From IMG/VR virus record IMGVR_UViG_3300013132_000054, positions 1 to 62,394 of that record: a DNA stretch of 62,394 bases; one strand, written 5' to 3'. The stretch is from a virus. Its lineage: Duplodnaviria > Caudoviricetes. Under the pieces are notes generated by a model. That model worked only from the letters and a program-made list of their open reading frames with translations. It did no database searches and had not been told where the DNA came from. Position 1 is the first letter of the stretch. Every line of letters begins with the position of its first letter. Made by a program: the position numbers and the translations under genes. Positions 50,361-58,855 of the stretch are shown here, in pieces.

Positions 50361-50849
50361 TTAGTAAACTAAAATACAACGGTCAGGTCTTAAAGTTGCA
50401 GTAATACCTGCTAATCCGTCCTGTGAATAACTTAAAGTTTCAAAGTTAACACCTGTTAGGAATGTACCTTGTAATATCCATTTTTCAACTACAACACCTG
50501 TTGGGTCTAACAATTCCAAATCAATGTCCTTTTTATATCCTGCAGCGTAACCCATACGACCAGTTACTGATTCTGCGTGTAAACGAACCCATTCCATTAA
50601 TGCTTGAGCCGCAGATGGTCCGATTGGGTCACGGAATTTAACATTAATTGTTTCCCAAGTAAATCTACCAGCAACATATGTTGATGTATTTAAGAATTGG
50701 ATTTCTGTCGAATTTATTTTAATATTTGGTCGTGATGTTGATTCTACGAACCACTCATTAATTCCTAATGATGAAGGAAATCTTAAAATGAATCTGTTTT
50801 GTCTTTTGGGTTCGTAAGGAACCGGCATTTTCATCAGTAAATCAGCCAT
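50361..50849 (-). CDS. Tail tube protein (T4 gp19-like)
   Basis: EPKRQNRF, YVAGRFTWETINVKFRD, YKKDIDLELLDPTGVVVEKWILQG. Confidence 0.9.
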   Translation of the reverse strand: MADLLMKMPVPYEPKRQNRFILRFPSSLGINEWFVESTSRPNIKINSTEIQFLNTSTYVAGRFTWETINVKFRDPIGPSAAQALMEWVRLHAESVTGRMGYAAGYKKDIDLELLDPTGVVVEKWILQGTFLTGVNFETLSYSQDGLAGITATLRPDRCILVY

Positions 50850-50881
50850 TGTCTTATTTTTTTAATTTTGTTTTATTGCTT

Positions 50882-50888
50882 ATAAATA
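50882..50888 (-). promoter_or_regulatory. Putative late promoter TATTTAT(A) for the tail tube gene
   Basis: TATAAATA on + strand at 50881-50888. Confidence 0.6.
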
Positions 50889-50965
50889 GTGTTGTTTATA
50901 TTTTTTTCTATTTACTTTTATTTTTTTTAATTTAATCTTCTACTAGTCCAGTTCTAGTATTAATA

Positions 50966-51829
50966 TTAATTAATTTTTCTTTTATTTCCTGATTGAGTTG
51001 AATAAATTTTAACACCTGGTTCATCACCAAATTCTTTATCAAACATTTCAATATTCTTTGGGTCATCATCAGATACACCTAATTGAAATTCTGGTATAAA
51101 TGAATTAGAAATATCATTTTTAATCATTGCTTTTAAGCTAAGTTCTTGAGCCAATTCTTTACAATAATCTAAAAAATTTCTAAATGCAATTTTTTTTAGT
51201 TCTTCAGGATTTGCGGCAGAACCCTCTCCGAAAGTCACAGGGTGAAATTTACAAAGGTTAAGATACTCATTAATTAATTCAATATCCTCCATATTTTGAA
51301 GTTCAAATATCTCTCTATATTTTTGTAGATTAGATACACATTGTTTCATACTTAATCCGTGTTTACCTGAAAGAATTAGTTCATAACAAGCTTCTTTAAT
51401 AGTTTCAGGATTATGTCCCCTTGCGGTAATTATTGAAAAGATTGAACCTCCGTTTATACATTCTACAAAATCATTCCAAGCCGGTCCCACAGGAGCAATT
51501 AAACAATCAATCAAAAACTTTTCGTCCCCATCTGTTTTAAAATCCCTAAACATATTTGGTGCAAATTCTACAATGTCGTGTCCATTGTATGAAAACTTAT
51601 CTTTACCGATACGACTTCTATATTTGGCGAAATCTTTTGTTGACATGCCAATTTCTTCATCTTTGTCACTTAAAACATAAATTACAGTCGGCATATACAT
51701 AAGATTATCATCCCAATCAAATGCATAATATTTTAAAGAAGGAATCCCCTCCTCCGATACTGCTTCAAGTAATCGGAGGATAAGGGAATCCATTTTTGTT
51801 TTGTTTAAACTCATATTAGATATTATCAA
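50966..51829 (-). CDS. HAD-superfamily hydrolase (true start may be a downstream Met)
   Basis: AFDWDDNL (motif I), IITARG (II), K, GVSDDD (IV). Confidence 0.75.
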   Translation of the reverse strand: MIISNMSLNKTKMDSLILRLLEAVSEEGIPSLKYYAFDWDDNLMYMPTVIYVLSDKDEEIGMSTKDFAKYRSRIGKDKFSYNGHDIVEFAPNMFRDFKTDGDEKFLIDCLIAPVGPAWNDFVECINGGSIFSIITARGHNPETIKEACYELILSGKHGLSMKQCVSNLQKYREIFELQNMEDIELINEYLNLCKFHPVTFGEGSAANPEELKKIAFRNFLDYCKELAQELSLKAMIKNDISNSFIPEFQLGVSDDDPKNIEMFDKEFGDEPGVKIYSTQSGNKRKIN

Positions 51830-54800
51830 ATGACGCTCCTGTTGGAGTTATTAAGAACTCAATATCTATGAACTCTAAAGATTTAGTTGGTTTAACATAG
51901 ATTTTACCTACTAATTGGTTTCTGTCTAAATCTTCAGCTGAAGATGAAACAGTTACACGGAAATCATATAAACCTCTATCTCTTCTGATTGAATCCAAAA
52001 TAGGATTAACTGCGTCCAAGAAATCTTGTCTCACTTTAGCATCGTTTTGTTCAAACAACAATCTAACTGCGACTGCTGAAATTAACTTACGAGCTTGTAA
52101 TAATAATCTTCTAACATTTAATCTGTCAAGAGCGGACTCTCTAATTTGTAAAGTTTTATTACCCCAAATTACAGTTCCTACATCAGAGAAAGTTGCGATT
52201 GGGTTAATTCTTCCTTTATAAAGAGTGTCTCTATCTTCTTGTGTTAACTTCTTACGTGCTTTAACTGCATTTACAATACCACGTGTGTAACCCGCAGATG
52301 CGAACCAAGGGAATGCAATATTATCAGTTAATGCTAAGTTTCTACAAACTTCCGCAGTTGGTGGGATGTAGATTTGAGTGTTATTAACTGTATCACGAGT
52401 TAATACCCAAGGATAGTAAGTTGCGGTATAGTTAGAATCAATTCCTGTTTCTTCTAATGAATCAACCGCATCTTGTGGATAGATTAAATCATCAGCAGTA
52501 TATGTTTGAACTAATAAATTACTGTCAGGAGTTGTACACAAATAAATTGAGTCAGCTCTATCAAACTCAATCATTTCAATTGAAGCCTCAACTAAATTTG
52601 AATTGTTCAACCAATCAATACCAGGAGTTGCAAATACATTTATATTTGTTGCTTCAGGGTTTGAGAATGTTTTAATACCTAACAAATATGCATAATAGTC
52701 AGTATTTGCCCAATCTTGAGTATTGTCACCAACACTTATTAATTTAAATGTTCCCGCACCTGATGCATTTGGATAACGTGCGGTAGCACAAGCTCCATAC
52801 AAGAAACCTCTTTGTCCTACTTGGAATAAATCTCCATTAGTTCTTGTTTCACGATAGATGTCCCATGCGTCAAATCCTCCTTGTACTAACAAACTAAATT
52901 TACGTGAAAATAATCTATAATATGGACTTGATGTGTTTGTAGGTTCAGAATTAAATGATGCTGCTCCAACTTCAAATGCAGATTCTCCCGATGTTGTATA
53001 TCCTGATGGAATTAAAACAACAGTTGCCCCACTATCCATATGGAAACCTTTGGATAAAAATGACCACTCATCTCCTGTAGTATCTTCACAAGGGTCAATA
53101 GGTCCTTGTTTTCCTTTATATTGGAAATAATCACTATCATATCCGATAGTATCTGATATACCCAAATAAGTTCTTCTTACATTGTCCCCACCGCTTCTAA
53201 TAACAACGTCAGTTCCGTCAGTAATACCAAATGGAGGATTATAAATTACTTCACCTGGGAAATCATACTTTGTTTTATAAATTGGAAATCCTGTTTTAGC
53301 ACCAGCGTAATCTCTTGATTTATAACCTTCAAATCCACAAGGTAAAGCATCTACAGGTGCATCAACATTATAATCTACCATTATGTATTTAGAGTTTAAA
53401 ACAAACTCACCGTCAGAAGAACCAATTTTCTTAGCAATATAGTTATTCAAATTTGGGTCTAAAGAACAGTTTGTGAATTTTTCTAAAACTACAGGTGATT
53501 CATCACTATCATAGTAATTTCTAACAACAACATCAAATGTTCCGTTTGCAAATGAAATGTTCAAAATTGAAATTTTAACTTGGAAATTTGCAGAATTACC
53601 GTCAGCGATTGATACAAATCTAAACAATTTATATACATTATTACCACGTAGTTCAGAAACAACCCAAGGAGATACTGGACTTTGATACTTTTCTAAATAC
53701 CAAGCAATTGATGTTCCTGAATTGTAATCCTGTCTGTATCCAGGTAATGCAATTAATTCTGAACTTAATCCACGAATATAACCTTTTCTCCAAGCCCACG
53801 TTAATAATGTTGAATAATTTTCTTCTAACATTAATGGAACTTGAGTTCTTGGTTTTGTAAAGTTTCCATAACCTAATACTTTATTAATTGCAGTAGCGTC
53901 TGTTTCAGACAAACTAACTTTCAAGTTAAAGTTTGTGTTATCAACTGTAGTACCTGTAATTGCAAATGGTGCAAATGGGTTTTGCTCTACCGCCGCATAA
54001 CTTCCACTAAAATCTAAACCAACAGATGTTAAACCTGTTACTTGATAAGAAGGTCCGTTAGATGTTGCAGTATAGAATGTTAAACCTCTTGAACGCATTG
54101 TTGCAACCACTAATTCGTGATATTCAGAATAAGTCAAACCTGACATATTAAATAAATAACCGTGAATTGACCCCGAATAACAAACATTAGGTGTTGTAGG
54201 TGTGGTTGTTACAGTTGGTGTTGGTGTTGGTGAAACATCACAAGGATTATAAGTTGAAGTAACAGTGACTGTAGGTGAAGGGGTTGTAGTTGTTGTAACT
54301 GGAAGTAATTCCAAATTATCAACTACAATTACAAATGAATATCCTGAATAGTTTTCACCTGAAGTTGGGTCAAATAATCCATAATACCAAGCGTCATTAT
54401 ATGGTGATGTAAAGCTACAACTGTAGGATGAGTTACCACTTACACCCATAACATTTGTTACGTTTGTAAATCCTGCACCTGTATAAGTGTTATAAACATC
54501 TCCGGGTATTATACCCCAAATTGCAATTGAGTCGCCACTCATAGTAGTGTCAGCTAAAATACCTTGAACAAATGACTTAATATCATCTTCTAAAGTAGAC
54601 GTTCCTCCATCAAATTGGGTGTATACATTTGTATATTTCGCTTCAATATCTTCAGGGAATAATCCTTCAAATGATAATTGTGAAATGAAATTACTACAAC
54701 CTGTGAATGTTACTGAAATTTCACTTGTTCCTGTAATCACACAATTTGTTTCACAAATTGCTGGGTCAACTGCGTAGTTTGGTGTTGTGGAACAACTGTA

Positions 54801-55172
54801 AGTATAACCTACGGTTGATGAGTCAACATTTGCTACCGTTTTTAAAGACCAAGAAGGTCCCGCATCGTAACCCGATAAACCCAATACCCTTGTTACAAAT
54901 AATTGATTTGATTGTTGGAGGTATGCCTTAGCGATATAAGACATTTCATATTTTGGTATTTGTGTATTCACAAATTTTTCAGGAGTTGTTCCCCCAAAAT
55001 AAGTTTGATACTCATCATAATTTGTGATGAATATCGGTTCAAAAGCTGGTCCTTTGGTAGCTTCTCCAACTAATCCCAAAGTTGTAACACCTACGCTAGA
55101 TGTTACAAAGCTCAAGTCCCTTTCTGATGTATAAACACCAGGCGAAACGAATACTTTGTTTGCTGTTGCCAT
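51816..55172 (-). CDS. Contractile tail sheath protein with large outer-domain insertions
   Basis: VSPGVYTSERD, GEATKGPAFEP, YYPWV, PWFASAGYTRG, INPI...IWGNKTL, RLNVRRLL. Confidence 0.95.
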   Translation of the reverse strand: MATANKVFVSPGVYTSERDLSFVTSSVGVTTLGLVGEATKGPAFEPIFITNYDEYQTYFGGTTPEKFVNTQIPKYEMSYIAKAYLQQSNQLFVTRVLGLSGYDAGPSWSLKTVANVDSSTVGYTYSCSTTPNYAVDPAICETNCVITGTSEISVTFTGCSNFISQLSFEGLFPEDIEAKYTNVYTQFDGGTSTLEDDIKSFVQGILADTTMSGDSIAIWGIIPGDVYNTYTGAGFTNVTNVMGVSGNSSYSCSFTSPYNDAWYYGLFDPTSGENYSGYSFVIVVDNLELLPVTTTTTPSPTVTVTSTYNPCDVSPTPTPTVTTTPTTPNVCYSGSIHGYLFNMSGLTYSEYHELVVATMRSRGLTFYTATSNGPSYQVTGLTSVGLDFSGSYAAVEQNPFAPFAITGTTVDNTNFNLKVSLSETDATAINKVLGYGNFTKPRTQVPLMLEENYSTLLTWAWRKGYIRGLSSELIALPGYRQDYNSGTSIAWYLEKYQSPVSPWVVSELRGNNVYKLFRFVSIADGNSANFQVKISILNISFANGTFDVVVRNYYDSDESPVVLEKFTNCSLDPNLNNYIAKKIGSSDGEFVLNSKYIMVDYNVDAPVDALPCGFEGYKSRDYAGAKTGFPIYKTKYDFPGEVIYNPPFGITDGTDVVIRSGGDNVRRTYLGISDTIGYDSDYFQYKGKQGPIDPCEDTTGDEWSFLSKGFHMDSGATVVLIPSGYTTSGESAFEVGAASFNSEPTNTSSPYYRLFSRKFSLLVQGGFDAWDIYRETRTNGDLFQVGQRGFLYGACATARYPNASGAGTFKLISVGDNTQDWANTDYYAYLLGIKTFSNPEATNINVFATPGIDWLNNSNLVEASIEMIEFDRADSIYLCTTPDSNLLVQTYTADDLIYPQDAVDSLEETGIDSNYTATYYPWVLTRDTVNNTQIYIPPTAEVCRNLALTDNIAFPWFASAGYTRGIVNAVKARKKLTQEDRDTLYKGRINPIATFSDVGTVIWGNKTLQIRESALDRLNVRRLLLQARKLISAVAVRLLFEQNDAKVRQDFLDAVNPILDSIRRDRGLYDFRVTVSSSAEDLDRNQLVGKIYVKPTKSLEFIDIEFLITPTGASFDNI

Positions 55173-55204
55173 TACTTTTTTTTCTTTCTTAAATTTATTT
55201 TTAT

Positions 55205-55255
55205 ATAAATATTTGTAATTTCCTCAAAAAACTTTACTTTGTTAAACATATTTAT
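55205..55255. promoter_or_regulatory. Divergent pair of TATTTAT motifs: 55205-55211 (minus, sheath) and 55249-55255 (plus, RHH gene)
   Basis: Each copy is oriented toward its adjacent gene, about 33-36 nt from the start. Confidence 0.55.
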
Positions 55256-55290
55256 AAATTGGCAGATTTTATTCTGCCTTTTTTCTACCT

Positions 55291-55446
55291 ATGTCTAAAA
55301 CTATCAAGAACATAAAAATATCAGAAGAGAGTCACACACTATTGAAAAAATATTGTGATAAGAAAGGATATAAAGTATATCGGTTTTTAGAAGAATTAAT
55401 TATGAAAGAATGTAAAGAAGTGAAAGACGTGTATGGTGAAAATTAA
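55291..55446 (+). CDS. Small ribbon-helix-helix-like DNA-binding protein (51 aa), not in ORF track
   Basis: MSKTIKNIKISEESHTLLKKYCDKKGYKVYRFLEELIMKECKEVKDVYGEN: strand, helix, Gly, helix. Confidence 0.7.
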   Translation: MSKTIKNIKISEESHTLLKKYCDKKGYKVYRFLEELIMKECKEVKDVYGEN

Positions 55447-56504
55447 ACAAGTATGTTTTGAAAACTTAACTTACTTTCTAAATTGTCGTCTTTCTTTGTT
55501 ACTTCAAACCTAACTGAATCACCTGAATTAACTTGTATATAATTACTATTTGACCCATAATACAAATTATTAATCCAAATTTCATAATTAGATATATTAT
55601 AACTTGATATTAATTTCAGATTAACTTTTTCACTAAACTTATCCGATAAAATTGTTGTCCCTGGTAAAAACAAAACATTTTCATAAAACTTATCAGTATT
55701 AAATGGTGGTTTTCTTGGTTGTCTTCTTGCTTTACCTCCTGTTGCCTCTAATAACTGCAAGTTCCTTGTAATACCAGGTTTAATCACAAATTCGTCTTCG
55801 TCAATTAAAAATCCGACCAAAGTAAATTCATATGAAATAATATAATATTTTCTTTTTTCAATTTCCATTACTGATTCGTCAGAAACATTATCCCATTTAA
55901 TTGGAATATAATGACCTTTAACTTTTGTGTATGCTTGTCTTGACGAAAATCTTTCTAAAACAACTTTATTTAATTGGTTAATTTCTCTAACACGATTACA
56001 AATAAATTTAAGAGTATATTTTATATCAATTGGAATTGGTTGTGGGATTTGATAAACATCAACTGTAGTTCTTTGTCCGTCAAAACTTGGGACATATGCG
56101 TAAAAAAATTGTCTTCTTTCGGGGATAGTATATACCGTAGAAGGATAACTTCCATATTTCATATCGTGAGACCTAACAACCGTTACAAATGGGGGTGATG
56201 CGTTTTTATCTAAATCTTGGAATTTATATGTTTGAGTGAACTGAGCCCAGTTTTGAGTTGTTACGATAATGTCAACCACAGGGACTTGTTTACCCTCTAC
56301 ACTAAATCCTAATTTATCCTTAACAAAATCTAAAAATCCTCTATCTAAATCCGCATGTAATACTGATTTTGGTAAAAATGTTCCGTCCTGCTCAATTTCT
56401 TGAAGCATTTCTTTCCTTCTTGCCAAACCGACTTTGTTTGGTATTAAATCAATATTCTTTTTTATTTGTTTTGGAAATGGCATTTTATAATCCTCTAAAT
56501 TCAT
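55443..56504 (-). CDS. Putative tail completion/terminator (T4 gp15-like) protein
   Basis: PQPIPIDIKYTL...INQL...YEFTLVGFL pattern; directly upstream of the sheath gene. Confidence 0.5.
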   Translation of the reverse strand: MNLEDYKMPFPKQIKKNIDLIPNKVGLARRKEMLQEIEQDGTFLPKSVLHADLDRGFLDFVKDKLGFSVEGKQVPVVDIIVTTQNWAQFTQTYKFQDLDKNASPPFVTVVRSHDMKYGSYPSTVYTIPERRQFFYAYVPSFDGQRTTVDVYQIPQPIPIDIKYTLKFICNRVREINQLNKVVLERFSSRQAYTKVKGHYIPIKWDNVSDESVMEIEKRKYYIISYEFTLVGFLIDEDEFVIKPGITRNLQLLEATGGKARRQPRKPPFNTDKFYENVLFLPGTTILSDKFSEKVNLKLISSYNISNYEIWINNLYYGSNSNYIQVNSGDSVRFEVTKKDDNLESKLSFQNILV

Positions 56505-57000
56505 TGTTTGTAACAGGAGCGCACATTATTGTTCTATAATATGGTTTATAACCTCCATAATTGTGTTTGTTATCTGATGTAACCCTACCATCATTAGATA
56601 CTGTATAATACCTAACTCTGTTTTCATTTTCATAATATCCAATATAATCACCATATTCAATATCAACACCCATCATCTCCAAATCTTTAATGTAGATACT
56701 CAACTGCATTGTACCCGGCTCAAGTTGTTCAATTTTTGAAGTTCCCAAAAATTTATTTTCAGTCCCAATAATTTTAACATATGCCTTAAATTCAATTGGG
56801 GGGTGGAATTTAATACCGTCCTGTACAGTTTCCCCATACACATCATCAGTATTTGTTCTATATCTATCAATCTTATATAAAACACAAGTGAAATTCATAT
56901 CACCGTGTAACCATTCTTTACCCATCTCCAATTCTAAATCAAAATCGGATTCTCCAAAAAATTTACCTAATCTTGTTATTGGAACTTTATTGCTAGCCAT
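56485..57000 (-). CDS. Putative head-closure/neck protein (T4 gp14-like)
   Basis: DDVYGE...F.PPIE...DIEYGDYI...YY.V; synteny with tail completion genes. Confidence 0.5.
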   Translation of the reverse strand: MASNKVPITRLGKFFGESDFDLELEMGKEWLHGDMNFTCVLYKIDRYRTNTDDVYGETVQDGIKFHPPIEFKAYVKIIGTENKFLGTSKIEQLEPGTMQLSIYIKDLEMMGVDIEYGDYIGYYENENRVRYYTVSNDGRVTSDNKHNYGGYKPYYRTIMCAPVTNNEFRGL

Positions 57001-57051
57001 AATTGTATAGTTATTGATAAATATCTAATTTTATGTTATCTTTAATCAAAA

Positions 57052-58818
57052 CTGATTGTTATAGAAAATTCGGTTAAAATAAAAGAAGTTGAGGCGCTTG
57101 AAATTCTTCAGGGATATTCTGGTGCTAATAATTATATTTTAAGGTTAAAACAACAACAATCTGTTAATAAAAAGTTCTACCCAACAAGAGCTCAAGCTGA
57201 ATACATTATAAATTTTCACAACAAAGAACCGAAAGTTGCTAAAAAATGGGTTGAAATTGACAATTACTTTGCCAAAAAATTGGTTGAGAGTAATCCTTTC
57301 ATTTCTGAACCTGAAAAAATTTATGTTGAGAAGTTATTGGCTGAAAAAGATAAGTCATATCACATTTGGGGGAAATTATTTAGCGGGGAAACATCTCACG
57401 ATTTTTGGGTACCTAAAGTGGCAATCATAAAAGAACAAAAGGTCAATGAAGTTAATGTTGATTACTCAAAGTATAATAACCGTCCTCCATTATCCCACCA
57501 AAAAGAAGCAATTGAAAAACTTCTTGCTTACGACAAATTTGTATTAGCGGATGATATGGGGTTAGGTAAAACCACATCAACAATTATTGCAGCTTTAGAG
57601 AGTGGTGCAAAAAAAATATTAATAATATGTCCCGCATCTTTGAAACTAAATTGGGAACGAGAAATAAGAAATTATTCAGATAGGTCAATTTATATTTGTG
57701 AAGGTAAAAAATACGAGGAGTCAGATTTTGTAATTTCAAATTATGATATCATCAAAAATTTTCACGACACAAAAGACAAAGAAAATTCACAAATTCTTAA
57801 ATCAAAATTTGATTTGATTATTATTGATGAAGCTCATTATATTAGTAATGTTCAAGCTCAAAGAACTAAATTGATTAACGATATAACTGAAAAAGTTAAA
57901 AAAATATGGTTATTAACAGGAACGCCAATTACATCTCGTCCGATTAACTATTATAATCTATTAAAAATTATTGATAGTCCTGTTGCTCAAAATTGGATGG
58001 CATATGTTATCCGTTATTGTGAAGGTTATCAATTTAGTGTTGGTAAAGGTAGAAAAGTTTGGAATGTTCAAGGGGCATCTAATTTGGAAGAGTTGAGGGA
58101 TAGAATTTCAAAACAAGTTCTACGAAGATTAAAAACTGATGTTTTAGATTTACCTGAAAAAATTATTACCCCCGTATATTTGAGATTGTATTCAAGATTA
58201 TACGAGGAACTTATGGGTGAATATTATGATTGGTACAATAAACAAAATGAGTCCAATTCAATCTCCGTCCAATTTACAAAACTAACAAAAGTCAGACAAG
58301 TAATTGCGGAAGAGAAAGTTCCACATACAATTGAAATTGCTGAAAATATTATTGAGCAGGGTAAAAAGGTAATCATATTCAGTAATTTTACAGAACCGTT
58401 AAAAAAGATTTACGAACATTTTGGTAAGAAAGCGGTTTATTTAGATGGGACAACAACCAAACCTGCGAGACAAAAAGCGGTGGATGACTTCCAAGAGAAT
58501 GAAAAAATTATGGTTTTTTGTGGTAACATAAAGGCGGCAGGTGTTGGTTTAACATTAACTGCAGGTGAAGCCGTTATTATGAATGATTTATCATTTTTAC
58601 CTTCTGACCACTCACAAGCAGAAGATAGAGCGTACAGATATGGTCAAAAAAATTGTGTGTCAGTATATTACCCAATCTTTGAAAATACGATTGAGGGTAT
58701 AATTTATGATATTTTAATTCGTAAGAAAAATATCTTTGAAACGGTGATGGGGGACAATATGGACAAGACAGATATGGCTTATGAAGTAATGAATTCAATT
58801 AATTCATTGAAAAATTAG
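57052..58818 (+). CDS. SNF2/SWI2-family helicase; frame open from 57046, well upstream of the track's TTG at 57280
   Basis: LADDMGLGKT, IICPASLKLNW, DEAH, LTGTPI, LRRLK, GVGLTL, QAEDRAYRYGQ; in-frame TAA at 57043. Confidence 0.88.
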   Translation: MIVIENSVKIKEVEALEILQGYSGANNYILRLKQQQSVNKKFYPTRAQAEYIINFHNKEPKVAKKWVEIDNYFAKKLVESNPFISEPEKIYVEKLLAEKDKSYHIWGKLFSGETSHDFWVPKVAIIKEQKVNEVNVDYSKYNNRPPLSHQKEAIEKLLAYDKFVLADDMGLGKTTSTIIAALESGAKKILIICPASLKLNWEREIRNYSDRSIYICEGKKYEESDFVISNYDIIKNFHDTKDKENSQILKSKFDLIIIDEAHYISNVQAQRTKLINDITEKVKKIWLLTGTPITSRPINYYNLLKIIDSPVAQNWMAYVIRYCEGYQFSVGKGRKVWNVQGASNLEELRDRISKQVLRRLKTDVLDLPEKIITPVYLRLYSRLYEELMGEYYDWYNKQNESNSISVQFTKLTKVRQVIAEEKVPHTIEIAENIIEQGKKVIIFSNFTEPLKKIYEHFGKKAVYLDGTTTKPARQKAVDDFQENEKIMVFCGNIKAAGVGLTLTAGEAVIMNDLSFLPSDHSQAEDRAYRYGQKNCVSVYYPIFENTIEGIIYDILIRKKNIFETVMGDNMDKTDMAYEVMNSINSLKN

Positions 58819-58828
58819 AAAAAAGGAT

Positions 58829-58835
58829 TATTTAT
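58829..58835 (+). promoter_or_regulatory. Putative late promoter TATTTAT upstream of the SOD fusion
   Basis: Motif flips to + strand together with gene orientation. Confidence 0.55.
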
Positions 58836-58855
58836 ATGTTATAAATTAATCCTGT

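Noticed and set aside
23762-55172. Bacterial contractile injection system (eCIS/T6SS/tailocin)
   Set aside because: Neck proteins and T4-like replication genes are interleaved, indicating a phage genome
57236-57430. 64-aa plus-strand ORF overlapping the helicase
   Set aside because: Out-of-frame overlap with the extended SNF2 reading frame; no recognisable features
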